Position numbers and translations under genes: made by a program
Source: Mayamaea pseudoterrestris
Taxonomy: Eukaryota
DNA length: 64,000 nucleotides
NCBI GenBank assembly: GCA_027923505.1
Contig: BROI01000009.1
Coordinates: 744,001 to 808,000, forward strand
Direction of reading: 5' to 3'
In this document: positions 11,982 through 22,656 of the stretch, one piece after another
How positions within the stretch are numbered: the first letter of the stretch is position 1
How the letters are laid out: each line of letters begins with the position of its first letter
Notes under the pieces: model-generated
The model's database searches: none
Seen by the model: only the letters and a program-made list of their open reading frames with translations
What the model was told of the DNA's origin: nothing

Positions 11982-12599
11982 TGTCGCAGTCCGGCTTTTC
12001 TCAAACCGCCTTGGGGAAATATAAAATTGAGAAATTCTCGATAATATGTGATCGTCTCACAATGAGCCACTATCTGACTTGTGCGAACAGGTACTATACG
12101 ATTCGAGAAAAAATTGACAGCTCGCGTTCGCTACCGCCGCGAAGCGAGTGAAGGAGTAAGTGCCTGCAGTTCACCTGCCTAGTTTCCGATCCTCACAGGT
12201 ATAAAAGCCCGTGAGCTTTACGTGTATAAAAACCGATTCGGTTCTCACATCTGCCAGAGTCTTGTCCTCGTTGTAGTCGAAGAGAAATCTACGACAGTCT
12301 TTCTGACGTAGAACATGCGCAATTCTGCTTCTCAGCTTGATTCTCGAATCAAGTAAACGCGAAGGACGTACTACAACAACTCCGCAAAACCGACAGCATC
12401 GTCATAATACATTGTTGAGGTTAGCTACTGTCGCAGCGAAACTGATACGTGTCGTACTGTTTCTGCAGCTGGTCCACAGCTTGGGATGGAGCAGCATCTC
12501 ATCTTGCTGCAGTCGAGCGGGATCTTGCGCGGTGCAGTGAGATAGTTTTAATTGTTAACAGTCCCACATCTATCTTTGCGAATGATCCTGTCTAGTAAA

Positions 12600-13574
12600 A
12601 TGTTTACTTTGCTTGCATCTCGAAGCGCTGCGAAACTTTCGCGAACGCCATCGCTGCTGTCGACGGCGTCAAGGACCTATCAGAGTCGAGCGCATCCGCG
12701 CCCCATCCCGGAGGTACCGCTCATCGACGCGATGAATGACCTTTTAACTCTTTGCGAACAAAAGAATCGACGACGTCAACGAAAATTGAAGCGAAACCAA
12801 GCTAGTATTGCAAGTCCTCCCCCAGAGGACGTTGCATCTGAATCCACTGACGTTGCTGCTTCTCCCAAACTCGATGAAACGGTGGAACTCGCCGTCAATC
12901 TCAATTTGGATCCTCGCAAACCAGGCCAGGCGTTGCGAGGAAGCGTGGAGCTCCCGCACGGAACCGGCAAATCATTGGCGTGCGCTGTCTTTACCAAGGA
13001 TGAAGGCTTGATGGCAATGGCCAAGCAACGCGGAGCTCTCTATGCCGGCGACGATGGCTTGGTGGAGGATATCGTTGAAGGAAAAGTACCCGTCGATAGC
13101 TTTCAACGCGCTTTAGCCACCTCGGACATGCTGCCCGTCTTGTCGCAGCGAGCTGCACGCTTGCTTGGACCGCGTGGATTAATGCCAAACGCCAAGTCCA
13201 ACACCCTTTTTTCGACGAAGGATGAGCTACTGGAGTCACTTGAGTCGCAGCTGGCAGGCAAGGAGGTGCAGTATAGGACGGACAAGGAGGGTATTGTTCA
13301 TGTTCCAGTGGGCAAGGCTTCGTTCGGTATGGAAAAGTTGCTTGAGAATACCGGTCAAGTAATGAAGGAGCTTTTGAACGTTAAACCCGAGTCGTACGGT
13401 AAGGGCAAGAAGAGTGGCAAGTCAACTGGAAAGTCGGCGAAGTATTTTTTAAAAGCCAGTCTTAGTTCGACTCAGGGCAAGGGAGTGCGACTTGATATGC
13501 GGACGGTGGATCCGTCCAGTCCGTTCTTCCTGACGAGTGTTGAGGATAGCGTTAGCGCTGAGAAGGCTGCCTAA
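12600..13574 (+). CDS. rplA: Organellar (probably mitochondrial) ribosomal protein uL1
   Basis: LDETVELAVNLNLDPRK, RGSVELPHGTGK, LLGPRGLMPNAK, YRTDKEGIVHVPVGK and SSTQGKG, preceded by a presequence-like N-terminus. The start codon is uncertain (12582 or 12600). Confidence 0.9.
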   Translation: MFTLLASRSAAKLSRTPSLLSTASRTYQSRAHPRPIPEVPLIDAMNDLLTLCEQKNRRRQRKLKRNQASIASPPPEDVASESTDVAASPKLDETVELAVNLNLDPRKPGQALRGSVELPHGTGKSLACAVFTKDEGLMAMAKQRGALYAGDDGLVEDIVEGKVPVDSFQRALATSDMLPVLSQRAARLLGPRGLMPNAKSNTLFSTKDELLESLESQLAGKEVQYRTDKEGIVHVPVGKASFGMEKLLENTGQVMKELLNVKPESYGKGKKSGKSTGKSAKYFLKASLSSTQGKGVRLDMRTVDPSSPFFLTSVEDSVSAEKAA

Positions 13575-13985
13575 ACAATTCTTTTTTGGTACTTGCATTG
13601 TTGTATACATATTATAGTGCTGCTCGTATCATACTCGTACTTTAACTACTGTACAAGTATTACCCCGCAATCTGCTTGGATCGGCCGCTATTAGGAAGTC
13701 AAGTACCGCTACGAATCGTAGATGACTCGCGAAAGGCTTGCCGTTTCGACCATGACAAAGATGAACGAGGGCACTTTGAGCTCTCCTATATGCTTGTCCC
13801 AGCTCGTAGTTGAAGAAGTACTACATTTAAACTAGCTACAAGACTGACCAGAACCAAAGTCTCTTCAGAGTAAAATCAACCACAGGACCACAGGCAACAC
13901 CACCTCGCTTGCCGTTGCAAATTTTCCAAGCAATCCTTAATCTTCACATCAGTCTTTACTGCTCCACTGACTTTATTCCACCAAA

Positions 13986-16922
13986 ATGTGGGGGAATTTT
14001 GGAGGTATCAATCTCAAGGACTTGGCTGAAAAGGCCAAGGCAGCAGCTGAAAAACTTGATAAGCAGTTGAACGAAAGCGTTGGCGTAGAAACGCCGACTG
14101 CCAACAGGCAAGCAGAAGCATCAACTTCCAACATCAACATGGAAGGCTTGGATGATGCTTGGGGAGACGACGATGAAGACGTGTTGCTGAAAGAAGTTGA
14201 CAATAATCTAAAAGTGGACACTGAGAATGCATTAAAAGACTATGGTCAGGAGGGGCAGCTCAAGCAGCAAGAGACAGCTGCGTTTGACTCACTGCTCACA
14301 CCGATTGCCTTCAAGGAGGAAGATGACCCACCCACACCCTCCCAGGACCAGCATGAGTCGATTGGTGATAATGGATGGAATGGTGACATGGACGACGAAA
14401 ATCTACAGCTCGATGAGCCCGCCGTCGACGGTAAGGAGCATGGTGTTTTTGTAGCTCCGCAGGCGCCTTTGGAAGAAAATAATATAGCTTTTGGTGCGCA
14501 GAACATAGAGAGAGAAGAAGATGTATCGGGCGAACAGCTTTTAAATGTTGACCATGCGTCCGAGCATATCGGAGATGAGTATGCGGCAGGGGAAACACAG
14601 AATGGAAATGACCCGTTCAATGAAAATGGCGGCGGAGCGGAATCTCAGACACACTCATTTGTCCAAGACAGCATTTTTGATCAGAATGATCAGTTTATAG
14701 ACGGGTCTTTTGTGGCGCCACCGAATCTTGTTACTGACGAGCATGGCAATTTCAATGAGGAGGCGTCAGTTGACAAGAAAGCGCTCGCTGGGAATCATAG
14801 CAATGAGGTGGACAAGTCGTCGGAAGAGGGCGCATTCGATTTTAAACCAAATATTATAGATGATAGAGCAGGCGCTGCGGCGGATGAGAATTCGTGTGAG
14901 CCGATAACGGAGGAAGTAGAGCAGCAGCTACAACAGCACGACACGCCTCCGCCAAGCGGCGTAGCGATCAATCATGACAACCTGCTACTTCAAGAGCAGC
15001 TGCAACAGCTCCAAGCCAAACTGCAAGATTCACAGATGGCACTGCAGCAACGGGAGGAGCAGCTTATGAGCAAAACGGAGCAGCTGGCCGAAATTGAGTC
15101 TATGCATGAGAAGGAAAAGGACGACCTTCGACAGAAGATTAAGGACACCAAAGAGGAAGCTAAGAAGAGGATACAAAAGGCAAAGGAACGAGTAGAAGCT
15201 ACTGAGTTGCAACTCCAGACTTTCAAGGCTGCTCAAAGTAATTTAGAGGACGATGTGGGCAAGCAGGCTGCAATTATTGCCGAGCTGCGCGCCGAAGGCG
15301 AGAGTCTGGCGCGAAAGCAAGCGGACATGGAGATGGCGGTGCGAGCGGCAAAGGGAGATGCTCGGGAGATAAGAGAAGCTCTGGAGCATGAAACAGCATC
15401 AAAAGAGAAGGCGTTAAACAAAATTGAACTGCTAGAAAAGGATTTGAAGGAAACCAAGGAGAATCTTGCTGCAGCCCGTCGAGGCGAAAGTATGGCTGAC
15501 AAGTTTGAGGAGCAGTTGCGAAAAGCAAAGGAAGAGGATGAACGCAAAGGGTCGTTAATACTGTCTTTGGAGCAGCAGTTGAAAGAACTAAAGGTTGAAG
15601 CACGTGACCTCATGGCGGAACTTGAGTCATCACAAAAAGGCGCAGCCGTAGAGACGCAGCAAACTGTCAAGCGCCTTCGAAAAGAGCTTAGTGACGCAAT
15701 GGCAGAGATGGAAGCTAAGCTTCACAAGACTGAAAAGGATGCTCAAGCAAGAGAAGATGCGTTGCGCCGCGAGGTTGATGAAGTTCGAAAGCGCTGGCAG
15801 GATGCAGTCCGACGGGCCGATTCGTTGTCAATGGATATTCAGTCGAGCACTGCTCCACTCTTACGTCAGCTAGAGAGTGCCGAACGCCAAAGTCGAGCAA
15901 GAGGAGCAGCCGCTGCCGAAATAGAAACTAAACTACGAACTGAACTCGAAGACACGATAATGTCCAAAGAGAAACTTGCCAAGGAGCGCAACGAATTCAA
16001 TTCGAAGCTAAACCTGCTCGAGCGCGCCGCGAATGACAACGAACACGAACTCAAAGCGACAAAGCAAGCACTTGACGAGCGGATCGCAATGGTCAACTTG
16101 TTAGAGACAAAGATTGTAAAGCTTGAAACTGAAATGTCAAAGAAGCAAGAGCAGTGGAAGGAGGTTGAGCGCCTGGCGAACGAAGGTGTCTCGCGCGTGA
16201 GAATTGAAATGACGCAGACGGTGGTTGATAGCGAGGAACGCCACCGATCCCAGTTGGACTCTATACAAAAAGAGCTGTCTCAGGAACGCGAAAAGCGATG
16301 TCAGCTCGAACAACAGTTGTCAGGACTTCTCGAAAATGCCTCCATGCTCGTATCAACACCCCAAGAGCTGATTATGCCAAAGGAAGTAAAACAAAAGAAA
16401 CTCAGACAGTCCGAGGGGCAAATTGAGATCCTTGCAGGTGCATTGGGTGGCTTGGGTCGATTGGACGGCGACGAGGAAGAGACCGAAAGTGACGATGATG
16501 ACGGTTTGCTGGCTGGTCAGCAACACAATGGTACAGTCAATAGTTTTGCTGCGCTTGCTGAGATGCAGTCGCGCATGAAAGCAACAAAACGAGAGCTAGA
16601 GGACTTGCGTAGGAGTCTTATTGAATCCGAGAAGGCGAAGGAACGACTCGTAATTGTTTTGCGCGATGGTCGCAACGCCAAGGAAAAGTTGCCGTTGTTT
16701 GAAGCAAGATGTCAAGAGCTGACCGAGGAAAATCAACGGTTGGAGATGGAAGTAGATGTGTTGACGGAGGAAATGGAGGAAATGCGCCTTGTATATCGTT
16801 CGCAGTTGGAGGCTTACATGATGGCGCTCAGCTCGGTCAATGCGCAAGGGCAAGAACAATCGCCCGTCGATGATCTGCCTACTGTAGCTGCGGATGCGTT
16901 GCAAAGCAACGGGAACGTATAG
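13986..16922 (+). CDS. TMF/golgin-like coiled-coil protein (TATA element modulatory factor / Sgm1 family)
   Basis: 978 aa: acidic N-terminus and long coiled coil. IIAELRAEGESLARKQ, STAPLLRQLE and the C-terminal EEMEEMRLVYRSQL resemble TMF1. Confidence 0.7.
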   Translation: MWGNFGGINLKDLAEKAKAAAEKLDKQLNESVGVETPTANRQAEASTSNINMEGLDDAWGDDDEDVLLKEVDNNLKVDTENALKDYGQEGQLKQQETAAFDSLLTPIAFKEEDDPPTPSQDQHESIGDNGWNGDMDDENLQLDEPAVDGKEHGVFVAPQAPLEENNIAFGAQNIEREEDVSGEQLLNVDHASEHIGDEYAAGETQNGNDPFNENGGGAESQTHSFVQDSIFDQNDQFIDGSFVAPPNLVTDEHGNFNEEASVDKKALAGNHSNEVDKSSEEGAFDFKPNIIDDRAGAAADENSCEPITEEVEQQLQQHDTPPPSGVAINHDNLLLQEQLQQLQAKLQDSQMALQQREEQLMSKTEQLAEIESMHEKEKDDLRQKIKDTKEEAKKRIQKAKERVEATELQLQTFKAAQSNLEDDVGKQAAIIAELRAEGESLARKQADMEMAVRAAKGDAREIREALEHETASKEKALNKIELLEKDLKETKENLAAARRGESMADKFEEQLRKAKEEDERKGSLILSLEQQLKELKVEARDLMAELESSQKGAAVETQQTVKRLRKELSDAMAEMEAKLHKTEKDAQAREDALRREVDEVRKRWQDAVRRADSLSMDIQSSTAPLLRQLESAERQSRARGAAAAEIETKLRTELEDTIMSKEKLAKERNEFNSKLNLLERAANDNEHELKATKQALDERIAMVNLLETKIVKLETEMSKKQEQWKEVERLANEGVSRVRIEMTQTVVDSEERHRSQLDSIQKELSQEREKRCQLEQQLSGLLENASMLVSTPQELIMPKEVKQKKLRQSEGQIEILAGALGGLGRLDGDEEETESDDDDGLLAGQQHNGTVNSFAALAEMQSRMKATKRELEDLRRSLIESEKAKERLVIVLRDGRNAKEKLPLFEARCQELTEENQRLEMEVDVLTEEMEEMRLVYRSQLEAYMMALSSVNAQGQEQSPVDDLPTVAADALQSNGNV

Positions 16923-17040
16923 CTAGTTTCACACTTTACTGATTCAACGTCTTTATATGTAGGTACGCTATTTTAACATGCGTTTTAATTGCCGCACTCG
17001 TGCAAATTCGAGTCATCTATCGCCCTTTTTCATCGCAACC

Positions 17041-17769
17041 CTACTCGTCAACAACATTATACTTTGCAAACAAGTTCTCCTTCGTAGTCATAGCTTTTAT
17101 CTCAAGGTTATTGGAAGACGGGTCTTTGAAGAACATCGTGTACTGTTCGCCAGGTTTCCCGTGAAATCGCAGGTGCGGTTCAATAATAAAATTCACTCCG
17201 TGCTCCTTGAGTCGATTGGCAAGCTGATGAAACTGCTCGACGGTCAGAACGAGTCCGGCATGTGGGACCGGCACTTCATCTCCATCTACAGGGTTGTAGT
17301 AGTCGACATGCCTGTAATCGTTACCAACCCAGTGGCAGACAATCTGATGGCCATGCAAGCTGTAATCTTGCCATTTTTCACTGGACCTGCCTTCCTCGCA
17401 CCCCATCACATTGCCGTAAAATTCCTTGGCGGCTTCCAAATCGTGCACTGGAAAGGCATAGTGGAAAGGTGATCCAGGAGCGGGCTGGGCGCGAACCTCG
17501 TATTCTGGCGAAATAGTCTTTGACAAAGATGATTCGCTGCTGCCAGCGCGAATTTGTAAGAGCCGCTGTCTGGTTGTCGTTGGTAGCGAAGTTAGAGGCG
17601 CATCGCTGGCGCTCAACAATCCAAATGTGCAGCCCTTAATAGAAGTAGATTTTGTCTTGGCATGATGATATCTGATAGTCGTTGTTGCAGGTGCATTTCT
17701 TGACGAGACGGGTGCAAGTGTAGCCAGCGTTGATGCCAAGAAGCGACGAAAAAATGGGCTCATGGTCAT
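17041..17769 (-). CDS. VOC/glyoxalase-family protein (bacterial COG3565-like) with an N-terminal extension
   Basis: PFHYAFPVHDLEAAKEFYG, GHQIVCH, VDGDEVPVPHAG, GEQYTMFFKDPSSNNLEIKA. Confidence 0.85.
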   Translation of the reverse strand: MTMSPFFRRFLASTLATLAPVSSRNAPATTTIRYHHAKTKSTSIKGCTFGLLSASDAPLTSLPTTTRQRLLQIRAGSSESSLSKTISPEYEVRAQPAPGSPFHYAFPVHDLEAAKEFYGNVMGCEEGRSSEKWQDYSLHGHQIVCHWVGNDYRHVDYYNPVDGDEVPVPHAGLVLTVEQFHQLANRLKEHGVNFIIEPHLRFHGKPGEQYTMFFKDPSSNNLEIKAMTTKENLFAKYNVVDE

Positions 17770-18156
17770 GCCGAAGCTAAATTGTTAGTAAAGGATGGAT
17801 GAGCACTTATGTAGCTCTATTTAAGGCTTGTACAAGGACAGATCTGCGTAAGAATGAGCTGACTGCTGGCTGTTGAGTGATGCTCGTCCTCTTTCTCCAT
17901 GGTCATTGTCGTGCGCGAATGACGTCAGATACATGTACTTTCCGAGTCGGAGCGGTATCAAAGCGACATTCGTCGCCACCATCGAAGAGTCGATCTCGGT
18001 TTTTGTTCTTTCATTTCTTGCTCCTCAAACCCAAGCCTGTAACAATCAAGGCTTACTTGCAGTCGCAAATGCAATAGTATCACTTCCGAAGCAATCTCTC
18101 TGTTGAGTGTGTAGAAGCGTGCGATCATTAGAAAGCGGCCTTTTCATTGATTACGA

Positions 18157-20424
18157 ATGCTACTTTCGGGCATCGCCTTGACGCGTCGAACGACCAAGCA
18201 AAGTCCATCGGTTGTTTCATTTGCTCGAGCTCGGCGAAAGATCCAATTTACGGGGAAAAGTCAAATACACTATTGGGCATCTACCCAGCATGATGGCGAT
18301 GAAGCAAAAATAAAACTGCCTCTTAATGATGCATCAAATACATCATTCGACAATCAACGGAAACTCATGGCAGCTCGCAACTTTCATTGTCGACTGGCGC
18401 TGACCTCTGGACCTAGCTGTCAAGCGCGCTCTTTATCTTCAGTGTCAGTTCAAGACGATGTTAAGCAGATAATACCGACATCTAGTCTAAAGACTACAGG
18501 TAAAGTCAAAGATAGAGACGAAGCAGCCTCTGCTCGAAGTAACAATACATTTCTTCGTCGACGCCGCATGAATGATCGCCGCAAAAAGGTGGAACGCCGA
18601 AAGCGCATCAAGAAGCAGCAAAGTCAGCGAGATATTTCGATGTCGAAATTGCCAGTTCGATCGTTTCAGGAGATTGCCGACTTTGCCGACTACTTGACGC
18701 GAACTTTTCCATCCAAGAGTCTGCAACCAGTGTTAATGACGCTTCAAGCATTAGTCGCTGCAACATGCGAAAACGACGATGCTGAGCTTCCTTTGGCAAC
18801 TGTCTTTCAGACCTTACTACATGCGACGAATCCAAACAAACCCGCACAACTCGCCATTTTAAAGTTTCTCCTGCAACCTGATCGAGAGGGAGATGTCAAG
18901 TCAGCTGGGCTGGAAGATGTCGGCGAGGATGACACTGTTGCAGTGCAGACAATGGTCGCCGCTCGACAACGCGCTGCAGCGAATGACTTGCAATGGAGTC
19001 AAGCGCATCGGCGCGACACGACGATCCAATTGCCGACAGTGGAGAAACAATTAGCCTCTCTCGCGACCAAGTCACTTGAGTTTCAACAGCAAGACGCCCG
19101 CGAATTTCTCAAGGTCTTGCGAGAAAGCATGCCGTTGAAGCCGTACTATAATACATTGAGATTGTTTGAAATGTACAATGGAGAGAAAGCGGTATCTGAC
19201 GACGCTGATGAATCGTCTATTGACTTTCACGACAATGATGACGATGAAGAGTCAACAAGTGACGTTGAGTCCCCAGTCGACGCGTCGCGACCATTTCGTA
19301 TGCGCAACCTTTCCAGCCATTTGGCTCAGAGAGCTGGCGCGCACTTCTACTTGGTGGCCGAGCCTGCTGCATCATACTTTGGTTTGAGGCACGTTAAAAT
19401 GGAGAAAGTGGCCAAGTACAATCGAGCAAAGATAAAGCTGGAGAAGCTTCTACATAAAACAACTACTACACTGACAGATTTACAACAAAAACTGCAAGAA
19501 TCGCTAGGTTTCTTTTCCGATGACGAAGAGGATGATGATGACGACGATAACATCGATGACGACGACGAGTCGGTCGAGGATTTGGATATGGCAGTGCAGC
19601 AAGAATTAACAGATGCTATTGTTCATGAGACAGACGATCTTCTAAAACGTTCTGCAAGAGCAAAAATTGTGTCACCACTAATAAACGGGGACCAACGTTT
19701 TCGAAGAGGATCTCACATTAAATATGACGTGGTACAATTGCGCGAAAATAGCCACCTTGCTACTGACATATCGACGCCGCCAGTCGATCGCATGGTATTC
19801 CTCGACAATCTGCCTATTGACATCACGACTGATCGACTTATTGAGCTGTACTCAAGGTGCGGTGACGTCGCCTCCGTTACCATCTACAATCAAAGGCCTG
19901 ACCTAGATCCTGGTCCGCTGACGATAGCGAGTTTGCGTGCTCGTCGGAAGAAGCAGTATAAAGTAGCAGGTGCACAAAATCGGCGATGGCAACGACCTCG
20001 ATCTCCCGTGTATGCAGAACTAACGTTCTCCGATGCGGCAGGCCATCGAGCATGCTGCATTGATGAGCTTCGTATTTTTGGAATGATTGTGCAAATGCAT
20101 CCGATTCGTAGTTTACGTGCATCGGACATGACGAGTCTTTTTGTTGAGAACATCCCTGATAAAACATTCTGTATTGACTTTGAGGAGATTCTTAACGGAA
20201 TTGTGCGCGAAGGTTTGTTTGCGACTGCGGCTGCGGGTGAGAACCGCCGAGCTATAGTTGGAAGCTGCGAGATCAAGTTTCCGTCATTTGAGATCTCTTA
20301 TGAATCATTTCATAAGCTACTCGAATCTGATCTTTTACAGAACAGATCGGACTCTGCGGTGCACTGGTTTCGCACTCCATTCGATGCTGAAGCATGGTGG
20401 AAACGAAAGCGAGGCTTTGACTAG
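18157..20424 (+). CDS. RRM-containing protein, probably organelle-targeted
   Basis: 755 aa with RRM-like segments (MVFLDNLPIDIT...YAELTF; LFVENIP), an acidic tract and a presequence-like N-terminus. Confidence 0.65.
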   Translation: MLLSGIALTRRTTKQSPSVVSFARARRKIQFTGKSQIHYWASTQHDGDEAKIKLPLNDASNTSFDNQRKLMAARNFHCRLALTSGPSCQARSLSSVSVQDDVKQIIPTSSLKTTGKVKDRDEAASARSNNTFLRRRRMNDRRKKVERRKRIKKQQSQRDISMSKLPVRSFQEIADFADYLTRTFPSKSLQPVLMTLQALVAATCENDDAELPLATVFQTLLHATNPNKPAQLAILKFLLQPDREGDVKSAGLEDVGEDDTVAVQTMVAARQRAAANDLQWSQAHRRDTTIQLPTVEKQLASLATKSLEFQQQDAREFLKVLRESMPLKPYYNTLRLFEMYNGEKAVSDDADESSIDFHDNDDDEESTSDVESPVDASRPFRMRNLSSHLAQRAGAHFYLVAEPAASYFGLRHVKMEKVAKYNRAKIKLEKLLHKTTTTLTDLQQKLQESLGFFSDDEEDDDDDDNIDDDDESVEDLDMAVQQELTDAIVHETDDLLKRSARAKIVSPLINGDQRFRRGSHIKYDVVQLRENSHLATDISTPPVDRMVFLDNLPIDITTDRLIELYSRCGDVASVTIYNQRPDLDPGPLTIASLRARRKKQYKVAGAQNRRWQRPRSPVYAELTFSDAAGHRACCIDELRIFGMIVQMHPIRSLRASDMTSLFVENIPDKTFCIDFEEILNGIVREGLFATAAAGENRRAIVGSCEIKFPSFEISYESFHKLLESDLLQNRSDSAVHWFRTPFDAEAWWKRKRGFD

Positions 20425-20470
20425 ATACAAAAAAGCATAAACAACAACCATCCCTTTTTATTCAAAATTA

Positions 20471-22420
20471 CTATGACCGAAACCAGGTAAATAAGCTCGC
20501 TCTCTTCGGCTCGTGTGCTTCGATAAAGTCTTGTAATTCCTCAATAGGGAACTCGCCTGCTCCAACATGCTGATACGCAATGTCGAAAAACGTTGGCTTA
20601 AAAGGCATGATAATTGGAAGAGGCGGTGAATCACATAGGACTGCTCCTGCATCGAAGTCATCCAACCGAAGCCACAGGGGACGGTTCGTCTGACGTCCGT
20701 AGTGCACCGACTCTTGGTCTAGATATTGTGTCGCTTCGACGCGGCAAGTCATAAGTGTAATGTGCTGCTGCAGCTCATCAAGGCCCACCAAGTACGCTCG
20801 CGCTCCCTTCATAATATCTTCACATGCACTTATCTCCTCCCTGGCCCGCTTCAATAGCTTACTCGCTTGCGCCAGCAAGGCCAAGCACTGCTGCGGAGTT
20901 CCATCCAAGGCATTTTCATAGAGTCTTGCCAGGTAGTAGCAACGGAATGCCCGAATGCGCAAGACGTGCGCCTGCGCCTCGAGCCAATGTGGATCATCCT
21001 CGTGTTCATTGGCCGACAAGGAGGCAGACGCTGCCGACGGTAGCAATTCAAGCATGGCTTGCACATTTTGCTGCAGAATGTCATACGCGTGGACCAATGC
21101 GGCATCATCAGTCATTGTAACAATTCGTTCTTCTTGCTGAAGTCGCCAAATTTGTAGCTTTAAATACTGAAAGTAAGCTAGAAGCATATCAAGCTCTTCC
21201 CGCTTAGCTGTGACAGCCGGCCCTGTAGGTAGGGACGCATAGTAGGCTTGTTCCGTCTTGACTTGATCCAGCACGTCATCCAAGTCACATGATAATTGAA
21301 GAAATTGATCGTCACTAAACTCTATGTTGCCTTTGTCTAATCCCTCTTCGATTACAAACAACCGATTCATTGCCTCTTCGAGTTTCAGGTAGAGCACGAC
21401 CAGGTTCTTGTACGAATCCAGCGCCATGTCCTTGCCTCCGAAACTTACGACAATAGCCGCTCCATCGGTCGCTGACAAAGCAGCGTCTCCGATAAAACTG
21501 TTGTCATCCGTGAGAGCAACCTTTGCTTGGTAGGCACAATACCTCACCAGGGGCTTGAGGACTGTTTCGGCGCGCGTCCTCCAAACGTCCGCCAAGACGA
21601 TTGCATCGCTAGCCGACGAATGATCCGTCGCCAACTGCAGCAGTAGCGACATGCTTCGTTGATAAGCCTCTAACGCAGATTTGTAGTCAGCCCGTTCAAG
21701 AGCAACGTTTCCTTGCATCCAACTAGAATATGATTCGCATTCGGTTAATAAGGTTGACATTTTCACGTCATTCTTTGACTCGCTAGGAACATTAGCAGCA
21801 GCATCAACAACCTGTTTCATCCAATCGAACAATTGAGCACTCCACTTGCCTGCTTTTTTCAATCGTTGCAGACAATGCTTATGGTTGTAGGCCGACGAGT
21901 TTCCCGATTGTTGCTGGTGTTGCTGCATGGTACAGGCTTGCGCCCAGCAGCGTTCCGACTGATAAAGTAAGGTATACGCATACAGATTTTTCCATGCAGA
22001 ATCGCCTATTGTAGAATCATCGTTGGAATGCATCGGATCGTCGTTCAAAGCATTTGCGTCCCTGGCTTCCTCTGCTTTGTGCGTCGTCGACAACAATGAC
22101 GGAGATGGTGCAGCACGCGCTCCGTATCCATGACGTCGCTGTTTAGCACTCGCAGCCTTTTTGTTAATCTTAGTCTCACTAGATTTCGAATCAGTCAAAC
22201 TTGCTTCAGCTGCGGTAATATACTTTGGATTATTGACCAAATGCGAGCGAGCATCCTTGTGATGCCGAAGTCGGTCAAGGCGATTGGTGCAGTACCGGTG
22301 GTATTGCGCATAATCCTGATGGAGAATTCCATGACTGGTCTGAGATTCAGATATTGTTGCAAACAAGGAGACGTCCTGCACTCGCAACGTAGTGGATGAA
22401 TTGGAAGGTGCGTCCGCCAT
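20471..22420 (-). CDS. SRP68: Signal recognition particle subunit SRP68
   Basis: HGILHQDYAQYHRYCTNRLDRLR, SERCWAQA, RLKKAGKWS and KPTFFDIAY. Probable ATG at 22420 (MADAPSN). Confidence 0.85.
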   Translation of the reverse strand: MADAPSNSSTTLRVQDVSLFATISESQTSHGILHQDYAQYHRYCTNRLDRLRHHKDARSHLVNNPKYITAAEASLTDSKSSETKINKKAASAKQRRHGYGARAAPSPSLLSTTHKAEEARDANALNDDPMHSNDDSTIGDSAWKNLYAYTLLYQSERCWAQACTMQQHQQQSGNSSAYNHKHCLQRLKKAGKWSAQLFDWMKQVVDAAANVPSESKNDVKMSTLLTECESYSSWMQGNVALERADYKSALEAYQRSMSLLLQLATDHSSASDAIVLADVWRTRAETVLKPLVRYCAYQAKVALTDDNSFIGDAALSATDGAAIVVSFGGKDMALDSYKNLVVLYLKLEEAMNRLFVIEEGLDKGNIEFSDDQFLQLSCDLDDVLDQVKTEQAYYASLPTGPAVTAKREELDMLLAYFQYLKLQIWRLQQEERIVTMTDDAALVHAYDILQQNVQAMLELLPSAASASLSANEHEDDPHWLEAQAHVLRIRAFRCYYLARLYENALDGTPQQCLALLAQASKLLKRAREEISACEDIMKGARAYLVGLDELQQHITLMTCRVEATQYLDQESVHYGRQTNRPLWLRLDDFDAGAVLCDSPPLPIIMPFKPTFFDIAYQHVGAGEFPIEELQDFIEAHEPKRASLFTWFRS

Positions 22421-22656
22421 GGTGATCTTATACGAGTAGGCCAAGAAAAATGAACCGACGAGCGGCTCGGAGGGGTCGACGCTGCATCTTGAGTAACGGT
22501 CCGACACACATATGCTGACGTACGCCCCCACGTCGCGTTCAAAGAACAAAATCGACAGCATTGCTTGCTGGCAAAATAAGCCGCAGTTTTGACCACCACC
22601 ACATTCATCTGTTCGTTGCTGCAGCATTGTTTACTACCCCTTGATACATTTGCACC

